DNA of 64,000 nucleotides from an uncultured Acidobacteriota bacterium (GCA_963700145.1 OY969474.1:1888001-1952000); one strand, 5' to 3'; positions 1 to 10,089 are shown, numbered from the stretch's first letter. Notes: generated by a model not told the origin, from the letters alone. Numbers and translations: made by a program.

Positions 1-177
1 CATCTGCAGGTCCAGGAGGATGACGTCGGGCGCGAGCGCGGCGGCCGCCTCGACCGCCGCGGCGCCGTCCTCGGCCTCGCCGACCACCTCGATGTCCGGG
101 GCGCGGGAGAGGAAGCGGCGCAGCACCGCCCGCACGGAGAGCGAGTCGTCGACGATCAGCACCCGGACCACGGTCAC
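1..177 (-). CDS. cheB: Chemotaxis response regulator, probably the CheB N-terminal receiver domain (runs off the window edge)
   Basis: Manual translation MTVVRVLIVDDSLSVRAVLRRFLSRAPDIEVVGEAEDG...PDVILLDLQM; GTG start overlaps the cheA stop. Confidence 0.75.
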   Translation of the reverse strand, partial: MTVVRVLIVDDSLSVRAVLRRFLSRAPDIEVVGEAEDGAAAVEAAAALAPDVILLDLQM

Positions 178-2237
178 CGCCCCACCAGCCGGCGCAGCAG
201 CATGACCAGCTCGCCGGCGTCCAGGCCCTGCTTGGTCAGGTAGGCGTCGGCGCCGGCGCGCAGGCCGCGCAGCCGGTCCTCCGGCTGGTCGCGGGTCGAG
301 ACCACGACGATCGGCAGCTGCGCCGTGCGGTCGCCGGCGCGTAGGCGCTCGGTCAGCTCGAAGCCGTTCATCCCCGGCATCTCGATGTCCACCACCATGC
401 CGTCGAAGCTCGCCTCCCCGAGCCGCGCCAGCGCCTCCTCGGCGTCGGGGGCGGCCGTCACCTCGAAGCCGGCGTCCTCGAGCAGGCGCCGCTCCATCTC
501 CCGGGTGGCCGGCGAGTCCTCGACCAGGAGCACCCGCGTGCGCGCCGCGGCGATCGTCGGGCGCGGCCCGGCCGCAGCCAGGCTGGCCTCGCGGCGGGCC
601 AGCGCCGTCGGCGAGAGCACCCCGACCGGCTCGCCGGAGGCGAGGAGCGCCACCCCTTCGAGCAACCGGTCGCTCGCGACGGTCGTGGTCACCGGGCGCA
701 CCATCACCTCCTGCTCCCCTTCGACGTCGTCCACCAGGAGCGCCAGCGGCGCGCCCGACACCGACCCCTCGAGCAGCAGCGGCCGCTCCGGCAGCGGCTG
801 GCCGTAGCGCTCGGCGAGGGCGGCGTAGGGGACGAGACGCCCGTCCACCGCCGCCAGCCGCCGCCCGTCGCGCTCGACCAGGTCGGCGCGGGCGACCCGC
901 AGCGCGCGGGCGACCGCCGCCGCCGGCAGCGCCAGCCGGAGCTGCCCCACCCGCACCAGCAGCACGCACGCCGCGCGGCGCGCGACCGGCACCTCCAGGG
1001 TGACCGTCGTCCCCAGGCCCGGCGTCGAGCCGAGCCCGGCCTCGCCGCCGACCCGCGCGGCGACCGCGGCCACCGCGTCCAGCCCGACGCCGCGGCCCGA
1101 GATCTCGGAGACCTCCTGCCGGGTCGAGAAGCCGGGAGCGAAGAGCAGACGGTAGACCTCCTCGCGGCCGAGACCGCCGGCCGCGCCGGCGTCCACCAGC
1201 CCGGCGCGCACCGCCTGCTCGACCGCCCACGCCGGATCGATGCCGGCGCCGTCGTCGGAGATCGCCAGCCGCACCCGCCCCGCTTCGCTGGAGGCCACGA
1301 TCCGGATCTTACCTGCGCGCGGCTTGCCGCGCGCCTGCCGCTTGGCCGGCGGCTCGATGCCGTGGTCCACGGCGTTGCGCACCAGGTGGATGAGCGCCGC
1401 CTCGAGGTCGCGGGCGATGCGGCGGTCGAGGCGGGTGTCCTCCCCGGCGAGCTCCACCTCCACCTCCTTGCCCAGGGTGCCGGCGAGCTCGCGGGCGTGG
1501 CGGGCGAGGGCGCGGAGGGGGGCGCGCAGCGGCTGGAGCTGGACGTTGACCAGGGTGTCGAGCTGCGCCTCGGCGGCGCGGGTGAGGCGGCGCTGCCCGC
1601 CTTCGACCTCGACCGCCATCCGCCGCAGCGTCGTGGCGAGGAGCGCCAGCACCTGCTGCGGCGCCGGCTCGTGGAGCCCCTCCTCGGCCAGGCGCGCCAG
1701 CTCGTAGAGGCGCTCGACGGCGCGGTGGGCGCCGCGGGCCATCAGCCGCACCTGGGCGGCGCGCTCGGCCAGGGCGTCGAGGACCTTGGGCTCCACCCGG
1801 AGGTCGCCGGCGGGGGTGGCCACCGCCGGCGCCGGGTGAGCCGCCGCGGCCGTGGGCGCGGTGCCGGCGCCGTTGCCGGCGGCCGGCTTGCCGGCCGTCC
1901 CGGCGAGCTGCGCCAGGAGGTCGCTTTCGACCGGCGGCTCCTCGCCGCGCGCCACCGCGTCCACCATGCCGCTCAGCCGGTCGGCGGCGCGCGCCAGCAG
2001 CGGCCCCGTCCCACCCGGCGGCCCCTGCAGCGCTCCCTCGACGGCGTGGCAGAGCTCGGCGAAGGGACCGAGCTGGAGCATCCGCGCCGCCCCCTTGAGC
2101 GTGTGCAGCTCGCGCCGCGCCTCGACCGCCGCCTGCGGCTCCCCCGCCAGCCGCGGCAGCAGCCCTCCCAGCCGCTCCAGCCGGTCGCGCGCCTCCTCGA
2201 CGAACAGGGGCAGGAGGTCCGAGAACTCGGGGTTCAT
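174..2237 (-). CDS. cheA: Hybrid CheA histidine kinase (Hpt, HATPase, CheW, receiver)
   Basis: ELHTLKG Hpt motif, HLVRNAVDHGIE, FAPGFST, SGRGVGLD, C-terminal receiver (VEDS...DIEMP). Confidence 0.95.
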   Translation of the reverse strand: MNPEFSDLLPLFVEEARDRLERLGGLLPRLAGEPQAAVEARRELHTLKGAARMLQLGPFAELCHAVEGALQGPPGGTGPLLARAADRLSGMVDAVARGEEPPVESDLLAQLAGTAGKPAAGNGAGTAPTAAAAHPAPAVATPAGDLRVEPKVLDALAERAAQVRLMARGAHRAVERLYELARLAEEGLHEPAPQQVLALLATTLRRMAVEVEGGQRRLTRAAEAQLDTLVNVQLQPLRAPLRALARHARELAGTLGKEVEVELAGEDTRLDRRIARDLEAALIHLVRNAVDHGIEPPAKRQARGKPRAGKIRIVASSEAGRVRLAISDDGAGIDPAWAVEQAVRAGLVDAGAAGGLGREEVYRLLFAPGFSTRQEVSEISGRGVGLDAVAAVAARVGGEAGLGSTPGLGTTVTLEVPVARRAACVLLVRVGQLRLALPAAAVARALRVARADLVERDGRRLAAVDGRLVPYAALAERYGQPLPERPLLLEGSVSGAPLALLVDDVEGEQEVMVRPVTTTVASDRLLEGVALLASGEPVGVLSPTALARREASLAAAGPRPTIAAARTRVLLVEDSPATREMERRLLEDAGFEVTAAPDAEEALARLGEASFDGMVVDIEMPGMNGFELTERLRAGDRTAQLPIVVVSTRDQPEDRLRGLRAGADAYLTKQGLDAGELVMLLRRLVGR

Positions 2238-2244
2238 GGCGGGC

Positions 2245-3888
2245 TCAGATCTTGGTCCAGTTCTCGACGTTGACGTCGAGGCCGAGGACGCCGAGGAGCC
2301 GGCCGCCGCCGTCGTGGAGCGGCGTGGCGGCGGTGAAGATGGGCGCGCCGGTCAGGAGCGAATCGAAGAGCGGGGTGATGATTGTCCGCCCCGCCTCGGT
2401 CGCGGCTCGGTACCAAGGCCGGTCGGTGAACCCCTCGCCGGCGCGCACCGCGGCGGGGACCTCGCGGTCGCCGAGGAGGCGGCGGTTGACGGCCAGCGCC
2501 GTGTGGCCGTCGCGCCCGTCGATGAAGTAGAGGCACTCGACGAACGGCCGCTCCTGCGCCAGCTCCTCGATCAGGCGCTCGAGCGAGGCCCACTGGTGGA
2601 GCGAGCGGGCGACCTCCTGCGCCCAACGCTCGACCGTGTGCTTGAGCGAGTGCGGCGAATCGACGTGGAACGACTGCGCCAGGAGCTGCATCTCGAGCCC
2701 CAGGCGGTTCAGGCGGTCGGCGGTGTGCGAGAACTGGCGCAGGCCGAAGGCGGTCTTCTGCACCACCTGCGAGACCTCGCGCAGCGTCAGCACCACCTCG
2801 TCCGCGGCCGCGGTCTGCTGCTGGGTGGCGAGCGAGATCTCGCGCGCCACCCGCGCGCTGTCGGTGGCCGCCTGGCGCAGCGCCGCGATGGCGCCGGCGG
2901 CGGCACGGGCCTCCTCCAGCACCCGCTCGGCCTCGCGGCTCCCCTCCTCGCCGGCGACGACGGTGGCGTGGATCGACTCGGCCACCTCGCCGAGCAGGCT
3001 GCGCACCGACTCCACCGACTCCTGCGAGCGCTGGGCGAGGCGGCGCACCTCGTCGGCGACTGTCGCGAAGCGGCGCCCGTGGGCGCCGGCGGCCGCCGAC
3101 TCGACGGCGGCGTTGAGCGACAGCAGGTGGGTCTCGTGGGCGATCTCGGTGATCAGGTCGAGGATGCGGTAGATCTCGCGCGAGCGCGCCCCGAGCGCCT
3201 CGGCGCGGCCGGCGGCGCCGCCGATCCGCCGCCGCACCTCCTCGACGCCGGCCACCGCCTCCTCGACCGCCGCCGCCCCCGCCTCGCCGCTCTGCTGCGC
3301 CGCCAGCGCCAGGTCCGCTTGCGCCGCGGCGTTGTCGGCGATCTGCGCGGCGGTGCGCGCCAGCTCCTCCATCGCGGCGGTGATCTCGACGACCGACGCC
3401 GCCTGCTGCGAGGAGCCGGCCGCGAGCTCGGAGGCGACCTGGTGCACGGCGTGCGCCGCTCCCGCCACCTCCAGCGAGCTGGTCTGGATCTGCTGCGCCA
3501 GGAGCACCAGCGACCGGGTCGCCCGCAGGCCGGCCTCGGCGAGCTCCCCCGGCAGCTCCTCGGCGCGGGCGGCGCAGGTCACCAGGTCGCCGGCCTCCAG
3601 CGCCTGGAGCGCCTCGGCGATGCCGCGCTCGACCTCGGCGGCGCGCCGCTCGACCGCCGCCGTCCGCTGCGCCAGGTCGGCCTCCCCGCGATGCACCAGC
3701 GGCAGGTAGAGCCCGGCCGCGGCGAGGGCGAGGAGGAGAAACGCGTCGAAGAACCAGCCCGGCGCGCCCTGGCCCTGCGCGACGAGCAGCAGCGCGAGCC
3801 CGGCGGCGGCGAGGACGGCGAGGAGCGGCCAGCCGGCCGCCGCCTCGTCCTGCCGCGGGCGCGCGACGGCGACGGTGGCGGCGCTCAC
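2245..3888 (-). CDS. Methyl-accepting chemotaxis protein with C-terminal Cache/PDC-like domain
   Basis: Two short TM segments, signalling hairpin THLLSLNAAVESAAAGAHGRRFATVADEVRRLA, C-terminal DRPWY...GVLGLDVN. Confidence 0.9.
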   Translation of the reverse strand: MSAATVAVARPRQDEAAAGWPLLAVLAAAGLALLLVAQGQGAPGWFFDAFLLLALAAAGLYLPLVHRGEADLAQRTAAVERRAAEVERGIAEALQALEAGDLVTCAARAEELPGELAEAGLRATRSLVLLAQQIQTSSLEVAGAAHAVHQVASELAAGSSQQAASVVEITAAMEELARTAAQIADNAAAQADLALAAQQSGEAGAAAVEEAVAGVEEVRRRIGGAAGRAEALGARSREIYRILDLITEIAHETHLLSLNAAVESAAAGAHGRRFATVADEVRRLAQRSQESVESVRSLLGEVAESIHATVVAGEEGSREAERVLEEARAAAGAIAALRQAATDSARVAREISLATQQQTAAADEVVLTLREVSQVVQKTAFGLRQFSHTADRLNRLGLEMQLLAQSFHVDSPHSLKHTVERWAQEVARSLHQWASLERLIEELAQERPFVECLYFIDGRDGHTALAVNRRLLGDREVPAAVRAGEGFTDRPWYRAATEAGRTIITPLFDSLLTGAPIFTAATPLHDGGGRLLGVLGLDVNVENWTKI

Positions 3889-4244
3889 GCCCGGCCTCCG
3901 GCGAGGGCCGCCAGGTCGAAGGGCTCGACGCCGTCGGGGAGCTCGGCCACCACCGCCAGCGCGGCGTCGGCGGCGAGCCCCACGAGCTCCCGCCCCGCAC
4001 CCTCCCCCGCCCAGGCCACCACCGTCACCGGGCAGGGCGCGGCGCCGCCCGGCGGCGCGGCGAGGAGGCGGGCGAGGTCGAGCACTGGCAGCGGCTCGCC
4101 GGCGTACTCGGCGAGGCCGCGCAGCGCCGGGCCGGCGCCGGGCAGCGGGTGGAGCGGCAGCGGCCGGAGCACCCGCCGCACCGCCGCGACCGGCAGGGCG
4201 CAGACCGTGGCGCCGGCGCGCACCAGGAGGTGTCGGCCGCTCAT
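3885..4244 (-). CDS. cheW: CheW adaptor
   Basis: C-terminal part of ORF 3885..5807 from ATG 4244: ALPVAAVRRVL...GLAEYAGEPLPVLDL...VGLAADA; overlaps both neighbouring MCP genes. Confidence 0.85.
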   Translation of the reverse strand: MSGRHLLVRAGATVCALPVAAVRRVLRPLPLHPLPGAGPALRGLAEYAGEPLPVLDLARLLAAPPGGAAPCPVTVVAWAGEGAGRELVGLAADAALAVVAELPDGVEPFDLAALAGGRA

Positions 4245-5923
4245 GCCGTCTGCGTCCAGCTCGTCAGGTTGACGTCCATGCCGAGGACGCCGGTGAAGTC
4301 GCCGCCGGCGCCGTTCATCGGCGTCGCGACCGTGAAGCAGAGCTCGCCGCTCTGCAGCGAGTCGTAGAGGGTGGTGAGGCTGGTCCGCCGCTCGCGCGCC
4401 ACGGCGCGGAACCAGGGGCGCTGCTTCATGTCCACCTGCCGCGCCCCCTCCTCGGAGAGGCGGCGGCGCTCGCCCATCAGCTTCTTGCTGTGGCAGAGGA
4501 CGACCAGCTTGCCGTCGGCGTCGGCGAGGTAGCCCAGCTCGATGAACGGCGTCCCCTGGACCAGCTCGTCGAGGCGCGCCGCGACCTCCTCCCGCCCGGC
4601 GCCGTCGAGGCGGTGCGACCACTGCTCGATCAGGTGCTTGAGCGAGCGCGGCGAGTCGGAGTGGAAGGTCTGGGCCACGAGCTGGATCGAGAGGCCGAGC
4701 TGGCTCAGGCGCACCGCCGTGTCGGCCAGCTCTTGGAGCCCGCCGGTCATCCGCTGCACCACCCGCGTCACCTCGCGCAACGTCGTCACCACCTCGTCGG
4801 AGGCCGCGGTCTGCTGCTGGGTGGCGAGCGAGATCTGACGCGCCGCGTTCGCGGTCTCGCCGGCCGTGCCGCGCAGGGCGCCGATCGCCGCCGCCGCCTC
4901 GCGCGCCCGCTCCAACACCCGCGCCGCCTCCTTCCCGCCTTCCTCGGTGGCGACGATCGTGGCGTGGATCGAGCCGGCGAAGTCGTCGAGCATGGCGCGC
5001 ACCGAATCGACGGACTCCTGCGAGCGGTCGGCGAGCCGCCGCACCTCGTCGGCCACCACCGCGAAGCGGCGCCCCTCCTCGCCGGCGGCGGCGGCCTCGA
5101 TGGCGGCGTTGAGCGACAGCAGGTGGGTCTCCTGCGCGATCTCGGTGATCAGCTCGAGGACGCGGTAGATCTCCTTGGCGCGGCTGCCGAGGGCGTCGGC
5201 GCGCCGCGCCACGGCGTCGATGCGGCGCTGCACCTCCTCGACGCCGCCGACCGCGCCGGCCACCGCCGCGGCGCCGGCCGCGCCGCTGCGCTGCGCGGTC
5301 TCGGCCAGCTCCGCCTGCCGCGCCGCGTTGCCGGCGATCTGGGCGGCGGTGTGGGCCAGCTCCTCGAGGGCGGCGGTGATCTCGACCGCCGAGGCCGCCT
5401 GCTGCGAGGACCCCGCGGCCAGCTCGCCCGAGACCTGGTTGACGCCGTCGGCGGCGGCGGCGACGTGGATCGAGCTGTCCTGGATGCGCTCGGCGAGGGC
5501 GGACAGCGCCCGGCCGGCGGCGGTGAAGCTGCCGGCGATCCCTTCCGGCAGCCGCGCCGAGCGCTCGCCGCCGCGCAGCAGATCCCCGGCGCCGAGGTGG
5601 CCGAAGGCGGCGGCGAGCTCCCCCTGCAGGCGAGCGAGCCGCTCCTCGCCGCGCGCCAGCCGGCCGGCGAGCCGGCGCGAGCGAGCGTCCACCCGCACGC
5701 CGTAGGCGACGAGGACGGCGAGGGCGAGGGCGGTGTAGATCCAGGCCAGTCCTTCCGAGGCGCCTGAGGCGCCGGCCGCTACGCCGGCGCCGCCGGCCGC
5801 CGCCCACAGCAGCGCCGCGCCGGCGGCCGCCAGGCCGGCGAGGAGGAGCCAGCCGAGGAGGTGCCGTCGGGCCGTCCGCATCCAGAAGTTCGCCTTGGGT
5901 CGGGCGAAAGGATAAAGCAGCAC
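4241..5923 (-). CDS. Methyl-accepting chemotaxis protein with C-terminal Cache/PDC-like domain (start uncertain)
   Basis: THLLSLNAAIEAAAAGEEGRRFAVVADEVRRLA; C-terminal QRPWF...GVLGMDVN; paralog of 2245..3888. Confidence 0.9.
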   Translation of the reverse strand: MLLYPFARPKANFWMRTARRHLLGWLLLAGLAAAGAALLWAAAGGAGVAAGASGASEGLAWIYTALALAVLVAYGVRVDARSRRLAGRLARGEERLARLQGELAAAFGHLGAGDLLRGGERSARLPEGIAGSFTAAGRALSALAERIQDSSIHVAAAADGVNQVSGELAAGSSQQAASAVEITAALEELAHTAAQIAGNAARQAELAETAQRSGAAGAAAVAGAVGGVEEVQRRIDAVARRADALGSRAKEIYRVLELITEIAQETHLLSLNAAIEAAAAGEEGRRFAVVADEVRRLADRSQESVDSVRAMLDDFAGSIHATIVATEEGGKEAARVLERAREAAAAIGALRGTAGETANAARQISLATQQQTAASDEVVTTLREVTRVVQRMTGGLQELADTAVRLSQLGLSIQLVAQTFHSDSPRSLKHLIEQWSHRLDGAGREEVAARLDELVQGTPFIELGYLADADGKLVVLCHSKKLMGERRRLSEEGARQVDMKQRPWFRAVARERRTSLTTLYDSLQSGELCFTVATPMNGAGGDFTGVLGMDVNLTSWTQTA

Positions 5924-5942
5924 ATCCTGAAGGACTTGCCGG

Positions 5943-6491
5943 CTAGTTGGCGTCTGCGGCCGGGCCGAACGCCTTGAGGAGGATCTTCTCGATCACCGTC
6001 CCCACGACGCGTTCGGTGCCGGAGACGACGTTCTTGGGCCGCCCGCTCCCTCGCCCGCTCATGCGCAGCTCGCCTTCGCGGGTGACGAGCCGGACCTCGA
6101 CCCGGGCCTCGGAGCGGCGCTTGCCGCCGAAGCCGTCGCCGCGGTTCGCGAACGGCACGCGGATCTCGAGGACGCCGTCGACTCCGAGCTTCTCCAAGAT
6201 CGCAGGGCGGAGGTCATCGGACAGCTCGGTGGCGCCGCGGGCGAAGAGCTCGTCGCGGATCGCGGACGGTGAGACGACTTCGAAGCCGGGCTTCCGGCCC
6301 GTCAGCTCCTCGGCCGCCGCGTCTTCGACTTGCGTGCAATCGACGCTTTCGTGGCAGGCGACCGCGATCACGGCGACGCGCCTCAGGCCGGCGGTGAAGT
6401 CCGGAGAGGCGGTGACTTCGGCGTCGAAGTCGGCACGGGCCGCCCCGGCGGCGAGCGAGAGGATGGCGGCGGCAAGGAGTGCTCGGCGCAT
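5943..6491 (-). CDS. Exported hypothetical protein
   Basis: Signal peptide-like MRRALLAAAILSLAAGAARA from ATG 6491; host-like codon usage. Confidence 0.7.
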   Translation of the reverse strand: MRRALLAAAILSLAAGAARADFDAEVTASPDFTAGLRRVAVIAVACHESVDCTQVEDAAAEELTGRKPGFEVVSPSAIRDELFARGATELSDDLRPAILEKLGVDGVLEIRVPFANRGDGFGGKRRSEARVEVRLVTREGELRMSGRGSGRPKNVVSGTERVVGTVIEKILLKAFGPAADAN

Positions 6492-6508
6492 CGAGAGGTC
6501 TCCCGCGA

Positions 6509-6910
6509 CTAGGCCGTCTGCGGTACCACTTGCGCCGTGCAGTAGGCACACCGCCGCGCCGCGGCGGGGATGCTGCTCAGGCACTCCGGGCATTCCCGGG
6601 TCGGCTGCGGCGGCGGCTCGGACGGCTTGACCCGCGCGAGCAAGCGGCTCATCGGCGCGACGACGAGGAAGTACACGACGGCGAGCGTGACCAGGAAGGT
6701 GAGGACGTCGTTGAGAATGTTGCCCCACAAGAACGGCCCGGTGCGGATGGCGGAGAAGTCGGCGAACCCTCCGGCCGAGGCGATCAGCGGGGTGATGAAG
6801 TTCTTCACCACCGAACCGACGACGGCCCCGAAGGCCGCGCCGATCACGACGGCGACCGCGAGGTCGACCACGTTGCCGCGCAGGACGAAGTCTCGAAACC
6901 CCTTGAACAT
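6509..6910 (-). CDS. mscL: Large-conductance mechanosensitive channel with C-terminal Cys-rich (zinc-ribbon-like) tail
   Basis: FRDFVLRGNVVDLAVAVVIGAAFG; CPEC...RCAYCT tail. Confidence 0.95.
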   Translation of the reverse strand: MFKGFRDFVLRGNVVDLAVAVVIGAAFGAVVGSVVKNFITPLIASAGGFADFSAIRTGPFLWGNILNDVLTFLVTLAVVYFLVVAPMSRLLARVKPSEPPPQPTRECPECLSSIPAAARRCAYCTAQVVPQTA

Positions 6911-6982
6911 CGTGAAGCCCTCCTTTCAGTGACAGCCGCGTCCCTACAATATCCGCACCCCCTCATTCGTCTACAACCGCAG

Positions 6983-7567
6983 ATGACGGACGCGGCGAGG
7001 CTGGAGCGGATGCCACTCGAACAGGACCAGCGGATCTCCCAAGTGGTCCAGCGGGAGCAGTCGCGGCTGCGGAGCTTCATCCGCCGGCGCGTGCCCGACC
7101 CGCGCGACGCCGAGGACATCCTGCAGGAGGTCTTCTACGAGCTGGTGGAAGCCAACCGCCTGCTGATGCCGATCGAGCACGTCACCGGCTGGCTGTTCCG
7201 GGTGGCGCGCAACCGCATCACCGACCTCTTCCGCAAGCGGACGCCGGAGAGCTTCGGCGACCTCGCCGTCGTCGACGAGGACGATGAGCTGCTGCGGCTG
7301 GAAGACCTCTTGCCGTCGCCCGATGCCGGACCGGATGCGCTGTACGCCCGCACCGTGCTCCTCGCCGAGCTCGAGGCGGCGGTCGACGAGCTACCGGCGG
7401 AGCAGCGCGAGGTGTTCGTCGCGCACGAGCTCGAAGGGCGCAGCTTCAAGGCGCTAGCCGTCGAGACCGGCGTCGGCGTGAACACCCTGCTCTCCCGCAA
7501 ACGCTACGCGGTGCTCCATCTGCGCGAGCGCTTGCAAAGCATCTACGACGACTTCACCAACGCGTGA
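6983..7567 (+). CDS. ECF RNA polymerase sigma factor
   Basis: DAEDILQEVF, WLFRVARNRITD, region 4 LPAEQREVF...VNTLLSRKRYA. Confidence 0.9.
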   Translation: MTDAARLERMPLEQDQRISQVVQREQSRLRSFIRRRVPDPRDAEDILQEVFYELVEANRLLMPIEHVTGWLFRVARNRITDLFRKRTPESFGDLAVVDEDDELLRLEDLLPSPDAGPDALYARTVLLAELEAAVDELPAEQREVFVAHELEGRSFKALAVETGVGVNTLLSRKRYAVLHLRERLQSIYDDFTNA

Positions 7568-7577
7568 GGAGCCGAAC

Positions 7578-7925
7578 ATGAGATCGAAAGCGAAGAAAAT
7601 GATCCTGATCGCGCCGCTGGCGATCCTGGGAATGCTGCTGTTCATCGCCATCGGCGGCGTCATCGTGCTGCAACTGTGGAACTGGCTGGTGCCACCGCTC
7701 TTCGGCGGGCCTCAGGTCACGTTCTGGCAAGCGATCGGGCTGCTGGCCCTGTGCCGGATCCTCTTCGGCGGCTTCCGGATGCACGGCTCCGGTCGCGCCG
7801 ATTTCCGCCGGCGCCGGGCCGAGCGCTGGGAGCGCATGACGCCCGAGGAGCGGGAACGGTTCCGCCAAGGCATCGGCGGGCGCTGCGGCTTCGGCCCATC
7901 CGGCGGCGAGAGCGAAGGGCCATGA
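7578..7925 (+). CDS. Small membrane protein co-transcribed with the ECF sigma factor
   Basis: LWNWLVPPLFG...TFWQAIGLLALCRILFG, WERMTPEERERF; GAGGAG RBS. Confidence 0.8.
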   Translation: MRSKAKKMILIAPLAILGMLLFIAIGGVIVLQLWNWLVPPLFGGPQVTFWQAIGLLALCRILFGGFRMHGSGRADFRRRRAERWERMTPEERERFRQGIGGRCGFGPSGGESEGP

Positions 7926-7936
7926 AGCCTCGACGC

Positions 7937-9532
7937 CTAGGGCCACTCCTGTCCAAGCCGCGCCATCAGCAGGGCGTAGATCTCGATCCCGTCCCAGAGG
8001 TTCTGCAGGCGGAGGTTCTCGTCGGCGGCGTGCTGGTTGTTGTCGTGGTTGACCATCGGCACGACGAGGAGCGGCGCGTCGAGGACCTCGGCGAAGAGGT
8101 GGAGCGGCAGGCTCCCGCCGAGGGTCGGGGTCTCGATCGCCGGCTGGCCGGTCGCCTCGCCGACGATCGCCGCCACGGCGCGCGACACCGGCAGCTCCAT
8201 CGAGGTGCGCGCCGCCGGGTACCCCTGGTCCCAGACCAGGCGCGCGATCCGCGGGTGGGCGAGGCGAGTCGCCAGATCGGGCGCCTCGCGCACGACGTGG
8301 AAGCCGGCGCCGCGGACGTGCTCCTCGACCAGCGCCTGCACTTTCTCCGGCGTCTGGTCGGGGACCAGCCGGAAGTCGAGCGAGGCCTGCGCCTCGGTGG
8401 GGATGGCGTTGCGCGCCTTCTCGCCGACGTCGCCGGCCGCCAGGCCGCGGACGTTGAGGGCCGGCAGCATCACCCGATCCTGGAGGCGGCCTTCGCCCTC
8501 GCTGCGGGCGAGCCCGACCTCGCGCAGCAGCCCCTCCTCGACGGGCGGCACCGCCGCCGCCGCCCGCCGCTCCAGCTCGGTCGGCGGGCGGACGTCGTCG
8601 TAGAAGCCGGAGATCAGGATACGCCCCTCGGCGTCGCGCATGCCGGCCAGGAGGCCGGCGAGCAGGAGCGCCGGGTTGGGCGCCCAGTTGCCGTAGTTGC
8701 CGCTGTGCAGGGCGCGGGTGGCGCCGTAGACCGTCAGCTCCAGCCCGACGACGCCGCGCCCGCCGTAGACGACCTGGTAGCGGCGGGTCGGGTGCACGGG
8801 GCCGTCGGCGAAGATCCAGGCGTCGGCGGCGAGCAGGTCCTTGTGCGCCGCCAGGATCTCGCGCAGGTGCGGCGACCCCGCCTCCTCCTCGGCCTCGAAA
8901 AAGAACTTGAGGTTGACCGAGGGCGCGGCGCCGGCGGCGCGCAGGGCGTCGAGGGCCGCGAGGAGGCCGACGATCGGCCCCTTGTCGTCCGAGGCCGAGC
9001 GGGCGAAGAGCCGCCACTCGGGGTCGAGGGGCCCGGCGACGGCGGCGAGGTCCACGGTCTCCGGCACGGCGCCGCCGGCGGCGGTCGGCAACGGCCCGGT
9101 GCGCAGGACCGGCTGGAACGGGTGGCTGCGCCACTGCGCCGGGTCGGCAGGCTGGCCGTCGAAGTGCGAGTAGAAGACGACGGTGCGCGTGGCGCCTGGC
9201 GTGCGCAGCTCGCCGTAGACCGTCGGCGGCGCCTCGCCGGTGCGCAGCACCCGCGCCGCGATCCCCCGCCGCTCGAGCATCCCGACCAGGTGCCGCGCGT
9301 TGGCCTCGATCTCCTCGCGGTTGGCGGCGAGGTTGGGGAGGGCGAGGAGATCGGCGAGCTCGCGCACCACCTCCTTCTCGTGCGCCGCGCGCCAGGCGCG
9401 GACACGGTCGCGCAGCGCCGCCGCGTCGCCGGCGGCACCGTTCGCGCCGGCAGCACCGGCGCCGAGGAGCGCCTGCACGGCAACCAGGAGCGCCGCCGGG
9501 CCGAATCGTCGGAGTTGCGTCAGTGACGTCAT
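7937..9532 (-). CDS. M20/M25/M40 family metallopeptidase (exported)
   Basis: YSHFDGQP, ARSASDDKG, EAEEEAGS, HSGNYG, NQHAADEN. Confidence 0.9.
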   Translation of the reverse strand: MTSLTQLRRFGPAALLVAVQALLGAGAAGANGAAGDAAALRDRVRAWRAAHEKEVVRELADLLALPNLAANREEIEANARHLVGMLERRGIAARVLRTGEAPPTVYGELRTPGATRTVVFYSHFDGQPADPAQWRSHPFQPVLRTGPLPTAAGGAVPETVDLAAVAGPLDPEWRLFARSASDDKGPIVGLLAALDALRAAGAAPSVNLKFFFEAEEEAGSPHLREILAAHKDLLAADAWIFADGPVHPTRRYQVVYGGRGVVGLELTVYGATRALHSGNYGNWAPNPALLLAGLLAGMRDAEGRILISGFYDDVRPPTELERRAAAAVPPVEEGLLREVGLARSEGEGRLQDRVMLPALNVRGLAAGDVGEKARNAIPTEAQASLDFRLVPDQTPEKVQALVEEHVRGAGFHVVREAPDLATRLAHPRIARLVWDQGYPAARTSMELPVSRAVAAIVGEATGQPAIETPTLGGSLPLHLFAEVLDAPLLVVPMVNHDNNQHAADENLRLQNLWDGIEIYALLMARLGQEWP

Positions 9533-9603
9533 GGCGGCGATTATCCCCCGGACCGACGCCCAGAGCGCGGCGTTCACTCGATCGACTCGAAAGGAGCCCA
9601 CGA

Positions 9604-10089
9604 ATGAAGCCCAAGAACACGATCTGCCTTTGGTTCGACAAGGACGCGGAGGAGGCGGCGCGCTTCTACGCCGACACCTTTCCGGACAGTGAAGTGACCG
9701 CCGTGCACAAAGCGCCCAGTGACTACCCGGGCGGCAAGAAGGGCGAGGTGCTGACGGTGGATTTCACCGTCCTCGGCATCCCCTGTCTCGGCCTCAACGG
9801 CGGGCCGGAGTTCCCGCACAGCGAGGCGTTCTCCTTCCAGGTCGCGACGGACGACCAGGAGGAGACGGATCGCTACTGGAACGCGATCGTCGGCAACGGC
9901 GGCCAGGAGAGCCAGTGCGGTTGGTGCAAGGACCGCTGGGGGCTCTCCTGGCAGATCACCCCGCGCACGCTGACCGAGGCGATGGCGGCGGGGGGCGACG
10001 AAGCCAAGCGCGCCTTCGAGGCGATGATGCCGATGCGGAAGATCGACGTCGCAACCATCGACGCGGCGCGGCGGGGCGGGGCGGGCTAG
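9604..10089 (+). CDS. VOC/PhnB-like (3-demethylubiquinone-9 3-methyltransferase family) protein
   Basis: CLWFDKDAEEAARFY, GLNGGP, CGWCKDRWGLSWQI. Confidence 0.9.
   Translation: MKPKNTICLWFDKDAEEAARFYADTFPDSEVTAVHKAPSDYPGGKKGEVLTVDFTVLGIPCLGLNGGPEFPHSEAFSFQVATDDQEETDRYWNAIVGNGGQESQCGWCKDRWGLSWQITPRTLTEAMAAGGDEAKRAFEAMMPMRKIDVATIDAARRGGAG

Noticed and set aside
1852-5807. Long alternative ORFs (1852..4272 +, 2234..4000 -, 3875..5767 +, most of 3885..5807 -)
   Set aside because: Shadow frames of GC-rich real genes, Arg/Ala/Pro-rich with no motifs. Only the last 119 aa of 3885..5807 (CheW) is real.
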